DNA of 64,000 bases from Nitrospira sp. (GTDB taxonomy: Bacteria > Nitrospirota > Nitrospiria > Nitrospirales > Nitrospiraceae). Position numbers and translations under genes: made by a program. The notes below the pieces were generated by a model, which was not told the DNA's origin, searched no databases, and was given only the letters and a program-made list of their open reading frames with translations. The DNA lies in the NCBI GenBank assembly GCA_047150005.1, contig AP038806.1:544001-608000 (forward strand), read 5' to 3'. The stretch's first letter is position 1. Each line of letters opens with the position of its first letter. Shown in pieces: positions 56,545-64,000 of this stretch.

Positions 56545-57423
56545 TCAAGACGGTCTGGTCGGCGCGTCGATCCCTAGAACCTTTTGAAGGCCTTGAAAAT
56601 CCTTTTCCACGGGGCAGGCAAAATCGCGGCTCCATTCCCACCAGGATCCGGCATAATTGCGCACTTTCTGAAAGCCGGCCAATTTGAGCACCACGTACAA
56701 CCAAGCCGATCGGACGCCGCCGGTGCAGTAACAGACGACCTCTTGGTCCGGATACAAGCCCCTATCCTCCAGGCTTGTGCGAATCGCATCGAGATCCTTG
56801 ACTGTGGCATTCTGGTTCAGGAAGCCGTTCCACGCGATGTTGATGGCGGACGGGATATGGCCGGGGCGAGGGATACCGGACACCTCCTTACCCAGAAACT
56901 CCTCCAGACTCCTGGCGTCTACGATGGTGACGCGCGGATGAGGCTGCTTCACCAACGCCCGGAGCTCGTCTTTCGCAATCGCGGTGTCCTTGCTGATCTG
57001 GATGACGAAGGTGCCGGGATTGACATTGACCCGCCCGTGTTCAAAGGGACGACGCTCATCGATCCACTTGACCCATCCCCCGTCCAAGATCCGCAGATTC
57101 TTGTGCCCGAGATACTCGAGCATCCAGAACATGCGCCCTTCATCTCCCCAGTTGTCGAAGGGATTGGAATAGATGACGACCTCGCTGTCGCTGCTGATGC
57201 CCAAGGCTCGGATCCGCTGTTGCATCCGGGGCAGATCGGGATCCAGGAGTCCTTTCGCCACGGCGTTCGGGTCGCTGTACTCGTGCCAGGTCGAATTGAC
57301 GGCCCCCGGAATATGGCCGCCGAATTCGTACGCCGCCTTCCCTCGGACATCGATGATGACGAGCCCCGGGCGGCCCAATTTACTCTGCAAGATTTCCGTG
57401 TCGATCAATAACGGATGTGTCAT
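56545..57423 (-). CDS. Tandem rhodanese sulfurtransferase
   Basis: GHIPGA, LDGG..KW, GHIPSA, CYCTGGVRS, YAGSWWEW. Confidence 0.93.
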   Translation of the reverse strand: MTHPLLIDTEILQSKLGRPGLVIIDVRGKAAYEFGGHIPGAVNSTWHEYSDPNAVAKGLLDPDLPRMQQRIRALGISSDSEVVIYSNPFDNWGDEGRMFWMLEYLGHKNLRILDGGWVKWIDERRPFEHGRVNVNPGTFVIQISKDTAIAKDELRALVKQPHPRVTIVDARSLEEFLGKEVSGIPRPGHIPSAINIAWNGFLNQNATVKDLDAIRTSLEDRGLYPDQEVVCYCTGGVRSAWLYVVLKLAGFQKVRNYAGSWWEWSRDFACPVEKDFQGLQKVLGIDAPTRPS

Positions 57424-57540
57424 GACTCTCCTCAATCCCCTGCCGGTGCCTCACGATGTTCAGCCGGACATTTTGCGCAGGTTCTCGCGTCGGTCCGGTC
57501 GCACCGCAGCTGTACAAATCAGCGCAGCGAGTTCCTTCAA

Positions 57541-58485
57541 CTATGCATCCAGGAGCGCTCGGACGTGGGTTTCCACCGAGGCCGCCAGCGCCGGCAAATG
57601 ATACCCTCCCTCCAGCGAAGACAGGATGCGTCCCTTGGCGTACCGCTTGGCAATACGGGCGACGATGCCGGTCAAGTCCGCATAGCCGGCTTCGGTCAGT
57701 CCCATGCCGGCCAGGGGATCGTCACGATGTGCATCGAATCCGGCCGAGATGATGACAAACTCCGGCTTGAACGCATCCGCCGCCGGAACCAGGGTCTTCA
57801 GAAATACGTCCCGGTAGGCTTCGTCTCCTTCGCCCTGCTCCATGGGAACATTGATCGTAAAACCTTCCCCCGCTCCACGTCCCCGTTCGGTTGCACGTCC
57901 AGTTCCCGGATAATGCGGGTACTGGTGCGTACTGAAAAAGAGAACGGTCGGGTCTTCTTCGAAACTATGCTGTGTCCCGTTCCCATGATGCACGTCCCAG
58001 TCGACGATCAAAATTCTCGTGAGGCCGTGACGTTTCTGAACGTACCGGGCCGCGATCGCCACGTTATTGAACAGGCAAAATCCCATCGCGCGATCACGTT
58101 CGGCATGGTGGCCGGGAGGCCGCACGGCGCAAAATACATGATCGACACGACCGGCCAGAATGGCATCAGCCGCCGCCAACACCCCGCCCACTGCCAAGTA
58201 TGCGGCCTCAAGCGACCCTGGCGACATCGATGTGTCGGGATCGAGCGACACTCGTCCGCTCGAAGGCGCACGGCCTTCCAGAGCCGCTACGTAACGGCTG
58301 TCGTGGATTTGTGTCACCCATTCATGCTCCGCTTTTCTGGGCTCGATCTTGAGGAGTCGAGCGGCCGTCCCGCCATGCTCCAATTGTTGCATGATCGCGC
58401 GGAGCCGGTTCGGCGACTCGGGATGCCCCGACCCCATGTCGTGATCGAGATAAGCGGCATGACAGACAAGGCCGGTTTTGCCCAT
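57541..58485 (-). CDS. Histone deacetylase-family amidohydrolase
   Basis: HPESPNRL, RPPGHHA, GFCLFNN, DWDVHHGNGTQ, SAGFDAH, LEGGY. Confidence 0.96.
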   Translation of the reverse strand: MGKTGLVCHAAYLDHDMGSGHPESPNRLRAIMQQLEHGGTAARLLKIEPRKAEHEWVTQIHDSRYVAALEGRAPSSGRVSLDPDTSMSPGSLEAAYLAVGGVLAAADAILAGRVDHVFCAVRPPGHHAERDRAMGFCLFNNVAIAARYVQKRHGLTRILIVDWDVHHGNGTQHSFEEDPTVLFFSTHQYPHYPGTGRATERGRGAGEGFTINVPMEQGEGDEAYRDVFLKTLVPAADAFKPEFVIISAGFDAHRDDPLAGMGLTEAGYADLTGIVARIAKRYAKGRILSSLEGGYHLPALAASVETHVRALLDA

Positions 58486-58622
58486 ACTGAGTATCCACAA
58501 AACATCGCCCGTTGCACGCCATCGTGCAAGACGCACAGGTATTGAGATTAGCACGCGCCGTCGCGCATAGACAATGAGCGCCGCCACATGCTACCGTTCG
58601 GTCGCGACAGCCGGAGCGGCCA

Positions 58623-58940
58623 ATGCCCAACCCCAGAATCGAACCTTTGAAGAAAGTCCTCGCCATGGATCCGAACGATGACGTGGCGTGGTTCGGCTTG
58701 GGAAAGGCCTATATGGACGACGGAAATTTCGAAGAAGCCGTGACGGCGCTCCGTCAATGCATCACCGTCAAGCCGGCTTACTCGGCCGCCTACTATGCCC
58801 TTGCCCAATCGCTGCATAAATTGGGTCGGTACGCCGAGTGCCGGGACATTGCCGCCACAGGCATCGACATCTCGGCCAAAAACGGCGATGCGATGGTCAC
58901 GAAGAACCTTGAGAGCCTCAAGAATTCTCTGCCAGCCTGA
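58623..58940 (+). CDS. TPR protein
   Basis: DPND.VAWFGLG...A...P.YSAAYYALA. Confidence 0.85.
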   Translation: MPNPRIEPLKKVLAMDPNDDVAWFGLGKAYMDDGNFEEAVTALRQCITVKPAYSAAYYALAQSLHKLGRYAECRDIAATGIDISAKNGDAMVTKNLESLKNSLPA

Positions 58941-58951
58941 TCCTTCACATC

Positions 58952-59791
58952 TCACAGCAACTGATCGAACGAGTTCCGTTGATGTTCCGTCAACGGCGTC
59001 GCGGCGGAAGGATTCCGGATCAACAGCCGCACGCGCGGATGGCCAGCCTGACGCCGACTCCGCTGGTGCACATCCACATTGACCAACCGGGTCGCGGCAC
59101 CGAACGGAAGGGGCTCCACGTCCCAGAGCGTGATCAAGACCGCGCTCAGGTGTCGAAGCTTGGTCAAGAGCATGGTCGCCGAGCCGGCTAGCGCCCTCAG
59201 GTCGAGCCTGACAATCCCTCGCCGGACGCGGCCGCCCCCTTCCAATTCCCCCCGGGGAATCGAAAGGCTGAGGACAACTGGATCGACATAGTCGACCAGT
59301 TGCTTGGCCTTCTGCCGGATACGGGCGAGCACGCGATAAATCAGAAGCGTGCCTCGGTCCGACGCTTCATTCCCTCCATCGGTGAGCCTGATGATTCGGC
59401 TCCGCCTCGGCGTGCTCGACCCGACCATCGCTGTGACTTCGACGAAGAATCGGTCCCGGCCGATGCGGCACTCGAAATCGGCGGTCTTCGCTTGGGACTC
59501 GGGTAGAAACGTGACGGCAGCACCGACACGAATCAACTGCGAAGCCAGTTCCACCTCCGCGAGAGCCGATTCCCGAACACCATAATCGTGCTGAGTCAGC
59601 CGATGGATAAGCCGGCCCAGCCGCAGATGGCTCGAGTGATCGAGGCACTGTCGCTGCAGCGAGGCGTATCGCTCTCGAATCTCGAGAGAAAGCACCGGCT
59701 CGTCGCTCCAGAGCGTGGTCTCCGCTGCGACTCTGGTGTGGACGAAGCGGTTGACCAGTTTGATTGTCTGTCTTGGACGAAAGCGAGCCAT
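58952..59791 (-). CDS. Hypothetical protein, possible PD-(D/E)xK-like fold
   Basis: ALAEVELA...KTADF...FFVEVT...KAKQL. Confidence 0.55.
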   Translation of the reverse strand: MARFRPRQTIKLVNRFVHTRVAAETTLWSDEPVLSLEIRERYASLQRQCLDHSSHLRLGRLIHRLTQHDYGVRESALAEVELASQLIRVGAAVTFLPESQAKTADFECRIGRDRFFVEVTAMVGSSTPRRSRIIRLTDGGNEASDRGTLLIYRVLARIRQKAKQLVDYVDPVVLSLSIPRGELEGGGRVRRGIVRLDLRALAGSATMLLTKLRHLSAVLITLWDVEPLPFGAATRLVNVDVHQRSRRQAGHPRVRLLIRNPSAATPLTEHQRNSFDQLL

Positions 59792-59894
59792 GGAGCGCAG
59801 GATGGATTCGCGACCAGGCCTTCATGAGCGGCCAATGCTCTCGATACCGTAGGAACAGAGCGGCGGCATCTCTACCGGCGCGCCGGACCGGGAC

Positions 59895-60224
59895 TCACGT
59901 CAGTTCCGTTCCCTCGTGCTCGTCGGGCATCGATCGGCTCTCTTCGGAATCGCGCTTGGAGACTTCTTCACACACCTCATCCATCCAGCGGCCGGCACAG
60001 GCCAGAATCTCTCGAACCAACGGTTCCGGCTGTCTGGTCTGCTTGATCGTCCACTGCGAGACATATTCCAGAAGCGAGTCCCTCTCGAAGCGCCGAGTCG
60101 TCTGAAGCGCGAGTTGCGTCAGCTCCCTGAAGCCGGTCCTGAGAACGGATTCGACCGTGTCTCGGCCGTACGACGTGCTGGCAATGACATATTGTACGGC
60201 GCGATTGAGTTCTTGATCGGTCAT
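59895..60224 (-). CDS. Hypothetical protein
   Basis: 109-aa helical ORF that fills the intergenic slot. Confidence 0.65.
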   Translation of the reverse strand: MTDQELNRAVQYVIASTSYGRDTVESVLRTGFRELTQLALQTTRRFERDSLLEYVSQWTIKQTRQPEPLVREILACAGRWMDEVCEEVSKRDSEESRSMPDEHEGTELT

Positions 60225-60377
60225 ATCGGTCTCAAGTCAGGATAGGGAAGATTGTCACATCCTGCCGGAAAGCTGTCAATGCGCGCACGTCCTGATCAGC
60301 GGCGGCGCATTTTTTGTCCCGGCTCATGGTGCGGGAGTGATATGATCCGGCATTCGTCTACGGCAAGGAGCCCACAC

Positions 60378-62177
60378 ATGGCGGCGACAGTCTCTGTTCG
60401 ACAGCGGTCACGGCGCTTCGTCGTCTCCGACCGATGGATGCTTGGCGATCTTCTGGAGAACCCCGTGGAACGGCTCGAGCGGCACCTCGCCGACCTCGAT
60501 GAGCAGGTCACGCAGATCGAGTCGGCCCGACCGACTCTGTCTCCCACGATGTCCGGCGACGCCTTTCATTCGATTCTGAAGACGCTCGAGGCCGTCGCCA
60601 GGCGTTCGTCCAGCCTCGGTGCCTATGCGTACCTCTGGTTCTCGGAAAATACGAAAGACCTGAAGGCACGGTCGTTCAAGACGCGCGTCGAGGAACGCCT
60701 CACCGCCCTCAACAATCGCCTTCTGTTCTTCGAACTCTGGTGGCAGGGCGTGGACGAGTCGACCGCGAATCGCCTCATGGCCGGCTCGCATGATCTGCGC
60801 TACTATCTTGAAACGATTCGCCGACACAAACCGCATACGCTCTCCGAGGCCGAAGAAAAGATCATCAACATCAAGAACGTCACGGGACGCAGCGCGGTCA
60901 ATACCCTGTACGACGTCGTCACGAACGGCTTGTCCTTCGTCATTCGGGATCGTGGGAAGAAGAAAGCCGTCGGTCGGGAAGAATTGATGTCATACGTGCG
61001 CAGCCCGAAAGGCGCGGTCCGACAGGCGGCATACGCCGAATTCTATCGCGTGTTCTCGACTCAGCGCGACCTCCTGGGAGAAATCTACAAGACCTTGGTC
61101 AACGACTGGAAATCCGAAAATCTCTCCCTGCGGGGCTTCTCCTCCCCGATCGCGACACGCAACCTCGGAAACGATGTGCCCGACGAAGCCGTCGAGGCCC
61201 TGCTCTCGATTTGTGCCAAGAACGCCGGCGTCTTTCAGACCTATTTCAAGCTGAAGGCCAGGATCTGCGGAATCAAGCCCATGAGCCGCTATCATCTCTA
61301 TGCGCCGCATCGGACCGAACCCAAGAAGTACAAATATGCCGATGCGGTTTCCTTGGTGAGAGAAGCCTATCGGGAATTCTCACCACGGCTGGCCGGTCTT
61401 GTCGACCAGATCTTCAGCGAACGTCATATCGACGCCGCGACCAGGCCGGGCAAGATGGGTGGAGCCTACTGTTACAGCGTGGTGCCGGGACGGACGCCGT
61501 ATGTGCTGTTGAACTATACCGGTGACGCGCGCGACATCGCGACGATGGCCCATGAACTGGGTCACGCGGTCCACGGAATGCTGGCCGGCCACCATTCCGT
61601 GTTTACATTTCACGCGACGTTGCCTCTTGCCGAAACGGCGTCGGTCTTCGGCGAACGCATTCTCTCCGAGGCGCTCATGCGCCAAGAAACCAGAAAGGAG
61701 GTCCGACAGGGACTGCTGCTCAGCCAGCTGGACGACCTGTACGCCACCGTCATGCGGCAAGCGTACTTCGTTCGCTTCGAGCGGATGGCTCACCAGATGA
61801 TCGACGACGGCGCGACGGCCGACCAGCTCGCGCACACCTATCTGGGCGAACTCCGTCAGCAGTTCGGTAAGGCGGTGACCGTGCCGGATGAGTTTCGGTG
61901 GGAATGGCTCACGATCCCTCACATCTTCGCCAGTCCGTTCTACTGCTATTCCTACAGTTTCGGCAATTTGCTCGTGTTGGCGCTCTATCGCATGTACCAG
62001 GAGCAAGGCCGGGACTTCGTCCCGAAGTATCTGGATCTGCTCGGCACCGGAGGCTCGCAATCTCCAAATCAGATCCTAAGAAAGCTCGGCGTGGACATGA
62101 CCGCTCAGAGCTTCTGGCAGTCGGGTTTCGATGCGATTAGGGAAATGGTCATCCAGTTGGAAGCCACCCTCTCATAG
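60378..62177 (+). CDS. pepF: M3B oligoendopeptidase F
   Basis: KPHTLSEAEE, GKMGGAYC, HELGH, AETASVFGE, IPHI..PFYCYSY. Confidence 0.93.
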   Translation: MAATVSVRQRSRRFVVSDRWMLGDLLENPVERLERHLADLDEQVTQIESARPTLSPTMSGDAFHSILKTLEAVARRSSSLGAYAYLWFSENTKDLKARSFKTRVEERLTALNNRLLFFELWWQGVDESTANRLMAGSHDLRYYLETIRRHKPHTLSEAEEKIINIKNVTGRSAVNTLYDVVTNGLSFVIRDRGKKKAVGREELMSYVRSPKGAVRQAAYAEFYRVFSTQRDLLGEIYKTLVNDWKSENLSLRGFSSPIATRNLGNDVPDEAVEALLSICAKNAGVFQTYFKLKARICGIKPMSRYHLYAPHRTEPKKYKYADAVSLVREAYREFSPRLAGLVDQIFSERHIDAATRPGKMGGAYCYSVVPGRTPYVLLNYTGDARDIATMAHELGHAVHGMLAGHHSVFTFHATLPLAETASVFGERILSEALMRQETRKEVRQGLLLSQLDDLYATVMRQAYFVRFERMAHQMIDDGATADQLAHTYLGELRQQFGKAVTVPDEFRWEWLTIPHIFASPFYCYSYSFGNLLVLALYRMYQEQGRDFVPKYLDLLGTGGSQSPNQILRKLGVDMTAQSFWQSGFDAIREMVIQLEATLS

Positions 62178-62219
62178 TTCCCGACGCAGAAATCGAAAAA
62201 ATCAGATGCTGGACAGGGC

Positions 62220-62262
62220 TTGACAAAACGGTCCTTCGGTGGCATACTGAGAATGCTTCTCA
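62220..62262 (+). promoter_or_regulatory. bfd promoter with Fur-box-like palindrome
   Basis: TTGACA-17-CATACT, overlapped by TGAGAAT-G-CTTCTCA (7-1-7). Confidence 0.65.
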
Positions 62263-62289
62263 TAATCGTCGATTGATCGCGAGGCGCTC

Positions 62290-62496
62290 ATGTATGTTTG
62301 TCTCTGCAAGGGAATCACGGAATCCGACGTGCGAGCGGCAGGACGAGCAGGTCTCGTAATGGCCTGCCAGCTCAAATCGAAGTTTGGTTTGAAAGAGTCC
62401 GGCTGTTGCGGCCGGTGCTCGAAGAATATTCGGGAATTCGTCGAACTGGCGACCAGCGAACATCGCCTCCCTGCTCCCAGCGAAGTCCGCACCTAA
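62290..62496 (+). CDS. bfd: Bacterioferritin-associated ferredoxin-like [2Fe-2S] protein
   Basis: MYVCLCKGITESDV...CCGRC. Confidence 0.88.
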   Translation: MYVCLCKGITESDVRAAGRAGLVMACQLKSKFGLKESGCCGRCSKNIREFVELATSEHRLPAPSEVRT

Positions 62497-62514
62497 CCTC
62501 CCCGCTCCAACCGC

Positions 62515-63120
62515 CTATCTCATCAGAACGTGTTTGAGCATCGCCGAAACTTCGGCGACCCGTCTGCCGAGCAGCCGAGCGTCGGCAAGTTCGGCTTTAT
62601 CAAGTCCCGGGCTGTCGCCTTCTGTAGTAGCCGACGCGCCGAACGCGCCGCCCCCGCTCACGACGATCATTTGATTGCCCAACATTGCGGCAAGAATCGT
62701 GAGCATGGTCACTTCCTTACCGCTGGAAACTTGTCCCCCGGTCGCGAAGGCCGCGCCGACCTTGTTCTTCATTTTGAACTCGGGAAAGACGCCGAACTTG
62801 AACTGCCAGTCGTCAAAAAACGATTTGACCTCTCCCGACATGTTCGACCAATAGACCGGCGACCCGACGACGATCGCGTCCGAAGAAAACAGGTCTTCGG
62901 ACGTCACCTCCCGTACGCGCTTGACGATCACCTGCGTCCCGGGCAGCTCTTTCGCACCGGAGGCCACGGCCTCCGCCATCCGCTCCGTGTGGCCGGACAA
63001 CGAATGATATGTCACCAGGACTTTCACGGCGGGAGAGGATGCCTCTTCTCCTCCAACACTCGCAGACGGGAAGCTGAGAGTCCCTAGAACAACGGCAAGT
63101 AGAACCGACAGCAGTCTCAT
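62515..63120 (-). CDS. WrbA-like flavodoxin with signal peptide
   Basis: YHSLSGHTERMAEAV, GSPVY, KVGAAFATGG..SGKE; hydrophobic N-terminus. Confidence 0.88.
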   Translation of the reverse strand: MRLLSVLLAVVLGTLSFPSASVGGEEASSPAVKVLVTYHSLSGHTERMAEAVASGAKELPGTQVIVKRVREVTSEDLFSSDAIVVGSPVYWSNMSGEVKSFFDDWQFKFGVFPEFKMKNKVGAAFATGGQVSSGKEVTMLTILAAMLGNQMIVVSGGGAFGASATTEGDSPGLDKAELADARLLGRRVAEVSAMLKHVLMR

Positions 63121-63161
63121 TGGAAGGCTCTGGAATTCAGGGGCGACGGGACAGCGGGCGA

Positions 63162-63347
63162 TCAGTGGCGAATGGTTTCTTCATCCATGTGCTCTTCAAC
63201 CGAGACCTCGGTCAATGTCCCGCGATAGTCGCACTTATGGCAGCGGATCCTCCACTCTTCGATCCATTTTTCCTGGACATACGACTGGCGGCACTTGGGA
63301 CAAACGAAGACCCCTTTCTTGTACAAGACCAGGCGCTTTTCTTTCAT
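63162..63347 (-). CDS. Small zinc-ribbon protein
   Basis: CPKC...CHKC; GGAG RBS upstream. Confidence 0.7.
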   Translation of the reverse strand: MKEKRLVLYKKGVFVCPKCRQSYVQEKWIEEWRIRCHKCDYRGTLTEVSVEEHMDEETIRH

Positions 63348-63461
63348 TGTAGATCTGCTCCTTTGACGGCGAGGATGGCATAGCCCGCGGCTGAATTCAA
63401 GCAGCGAACGGGACACCGCGGTGTATTGACTGCCCTCCTTCACCCCGATAGGATGCCCGCG

Positions 63462-63914
63462 ATGCGGACGAATTGGCTACTCATAGCGCTGTTTGGCTGG
63501 CTTCTTCTCCAACCGGCCACCACAGAAGCGGATGATCACGTGGTCCAGATCCGTCTCCCCAACGGCACGATCATCAACGCAGAAATCGCGGACACTCAAC
63601 GAAAACGCGCGGAAGGTCTTATGTTCCGCGAGCACCTCCCTCGCGATCGAGGGATGCTCTTCACGTTCGAGCAGGCCCAACCTTGGACATTCTGGATGAA
63701 AAACACAAAGATACCTCTCGACATCATCTGGATGAACGAGAAAAAGCAGGTCATCCACATCGCGCCTAGAGTCCCCATCTGCACGAGAACGGACGATGGG
63801 TGTCCCCAGTATCAACCGAACCATCCGGCACTCTATGTGTTGGAACTCGGAAGCGGTGAGGCGGAACGCCTTAAGATCGAGAGAGGAGCCAAACTGCAGT
63901 TTCGGGAACCTTAG
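63462..63914 (+). CDS. DUF192-family protein
   Basis: AEIADT..R..GLMFR, GMLF, FWMKNT.IPLDII, YVLEL. Confidence 0.93.
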   Translation: MRTNWLLIALFGWLLLQPATTEADDHVVQIRLPNGTIINAEIADTQRKRAEGLMFREHLPRDRGMLFTFEQAQPWTFWMKNTKIPLDIIWMNEKKQVIHIAPRVPICTRTDDGCPQYQPNHPALYVLELGSGEAERLKIERGAKLQFREP

Positions 63915-63996
63915 GGGACGGTCGCCCTTCCTGCTGGTACCTGTCCGCGTGCTCAAAGACAGAGGGACAGGCACCGGCTACGCCGGAGCCTGTCCC
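63914..63996. repeat. Paired palindromic repeats of the same family
   Basis: GGGGACGGTCGCCC...GGTACCTGTCC, then GGGACAGGCACCGGC-TAC-GCCGGAGCCTGTCCC (63964-63996). Confidence 0.85.
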
Positions 63997-64000
63997 TATC

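Overview
Bacterial chromosomal window, most likely from a Nitrospira-like organism (Nitrospirota). This is inferred from a Pup-type proteasome cluster next to Gram-negative envelope genes (TolC, FtsEX/EnvC, CtpA), plus SmbP and an RRM protein. Positions 1-15450 are an accessory defence island. It holds a complete type I-G (I-U) cas operon on the minus strand (cas3, cas8g/csx17, cas7g/csb1, csb2, cas4-cas1 fusion, and cas2 running off the window; no CRISPR array is visible). A MenA1/MenT1-like nucleotidyltransferase toxin-antitoxin pair is inserted, with overlapping reading frames, between csb2 and cas4-1. Next come four co-oriented TA cassettes (Phd-VapC, decayed VapBC, AbrB-VapC, small protein + MenT-like NTase), each bounded by copies of an imperfect palindromic repeat or longer direct repeats; the last repeat overlaps the 3' end of a core M23 gene. 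The same palindrome is inserted in frame in uvrA and occurs again at the window end. Positions 15450-64000 are mostly housekeeping genes: arc-dop-prcB-prcA-pafA (no pup gene found), thiSGE (ThiS with a masked diglycine), a stand-alone PolX N-terminal domain, ctpA-envC-ftsEX, yraN-rnhB-rplS-trmD-rimM-rpsP-ffh, uvrB, DEAD helicase/RRM, uvrA, peptidases and small metal/redox proteins. All family assignments come from motifs read by eye; no searches were run.
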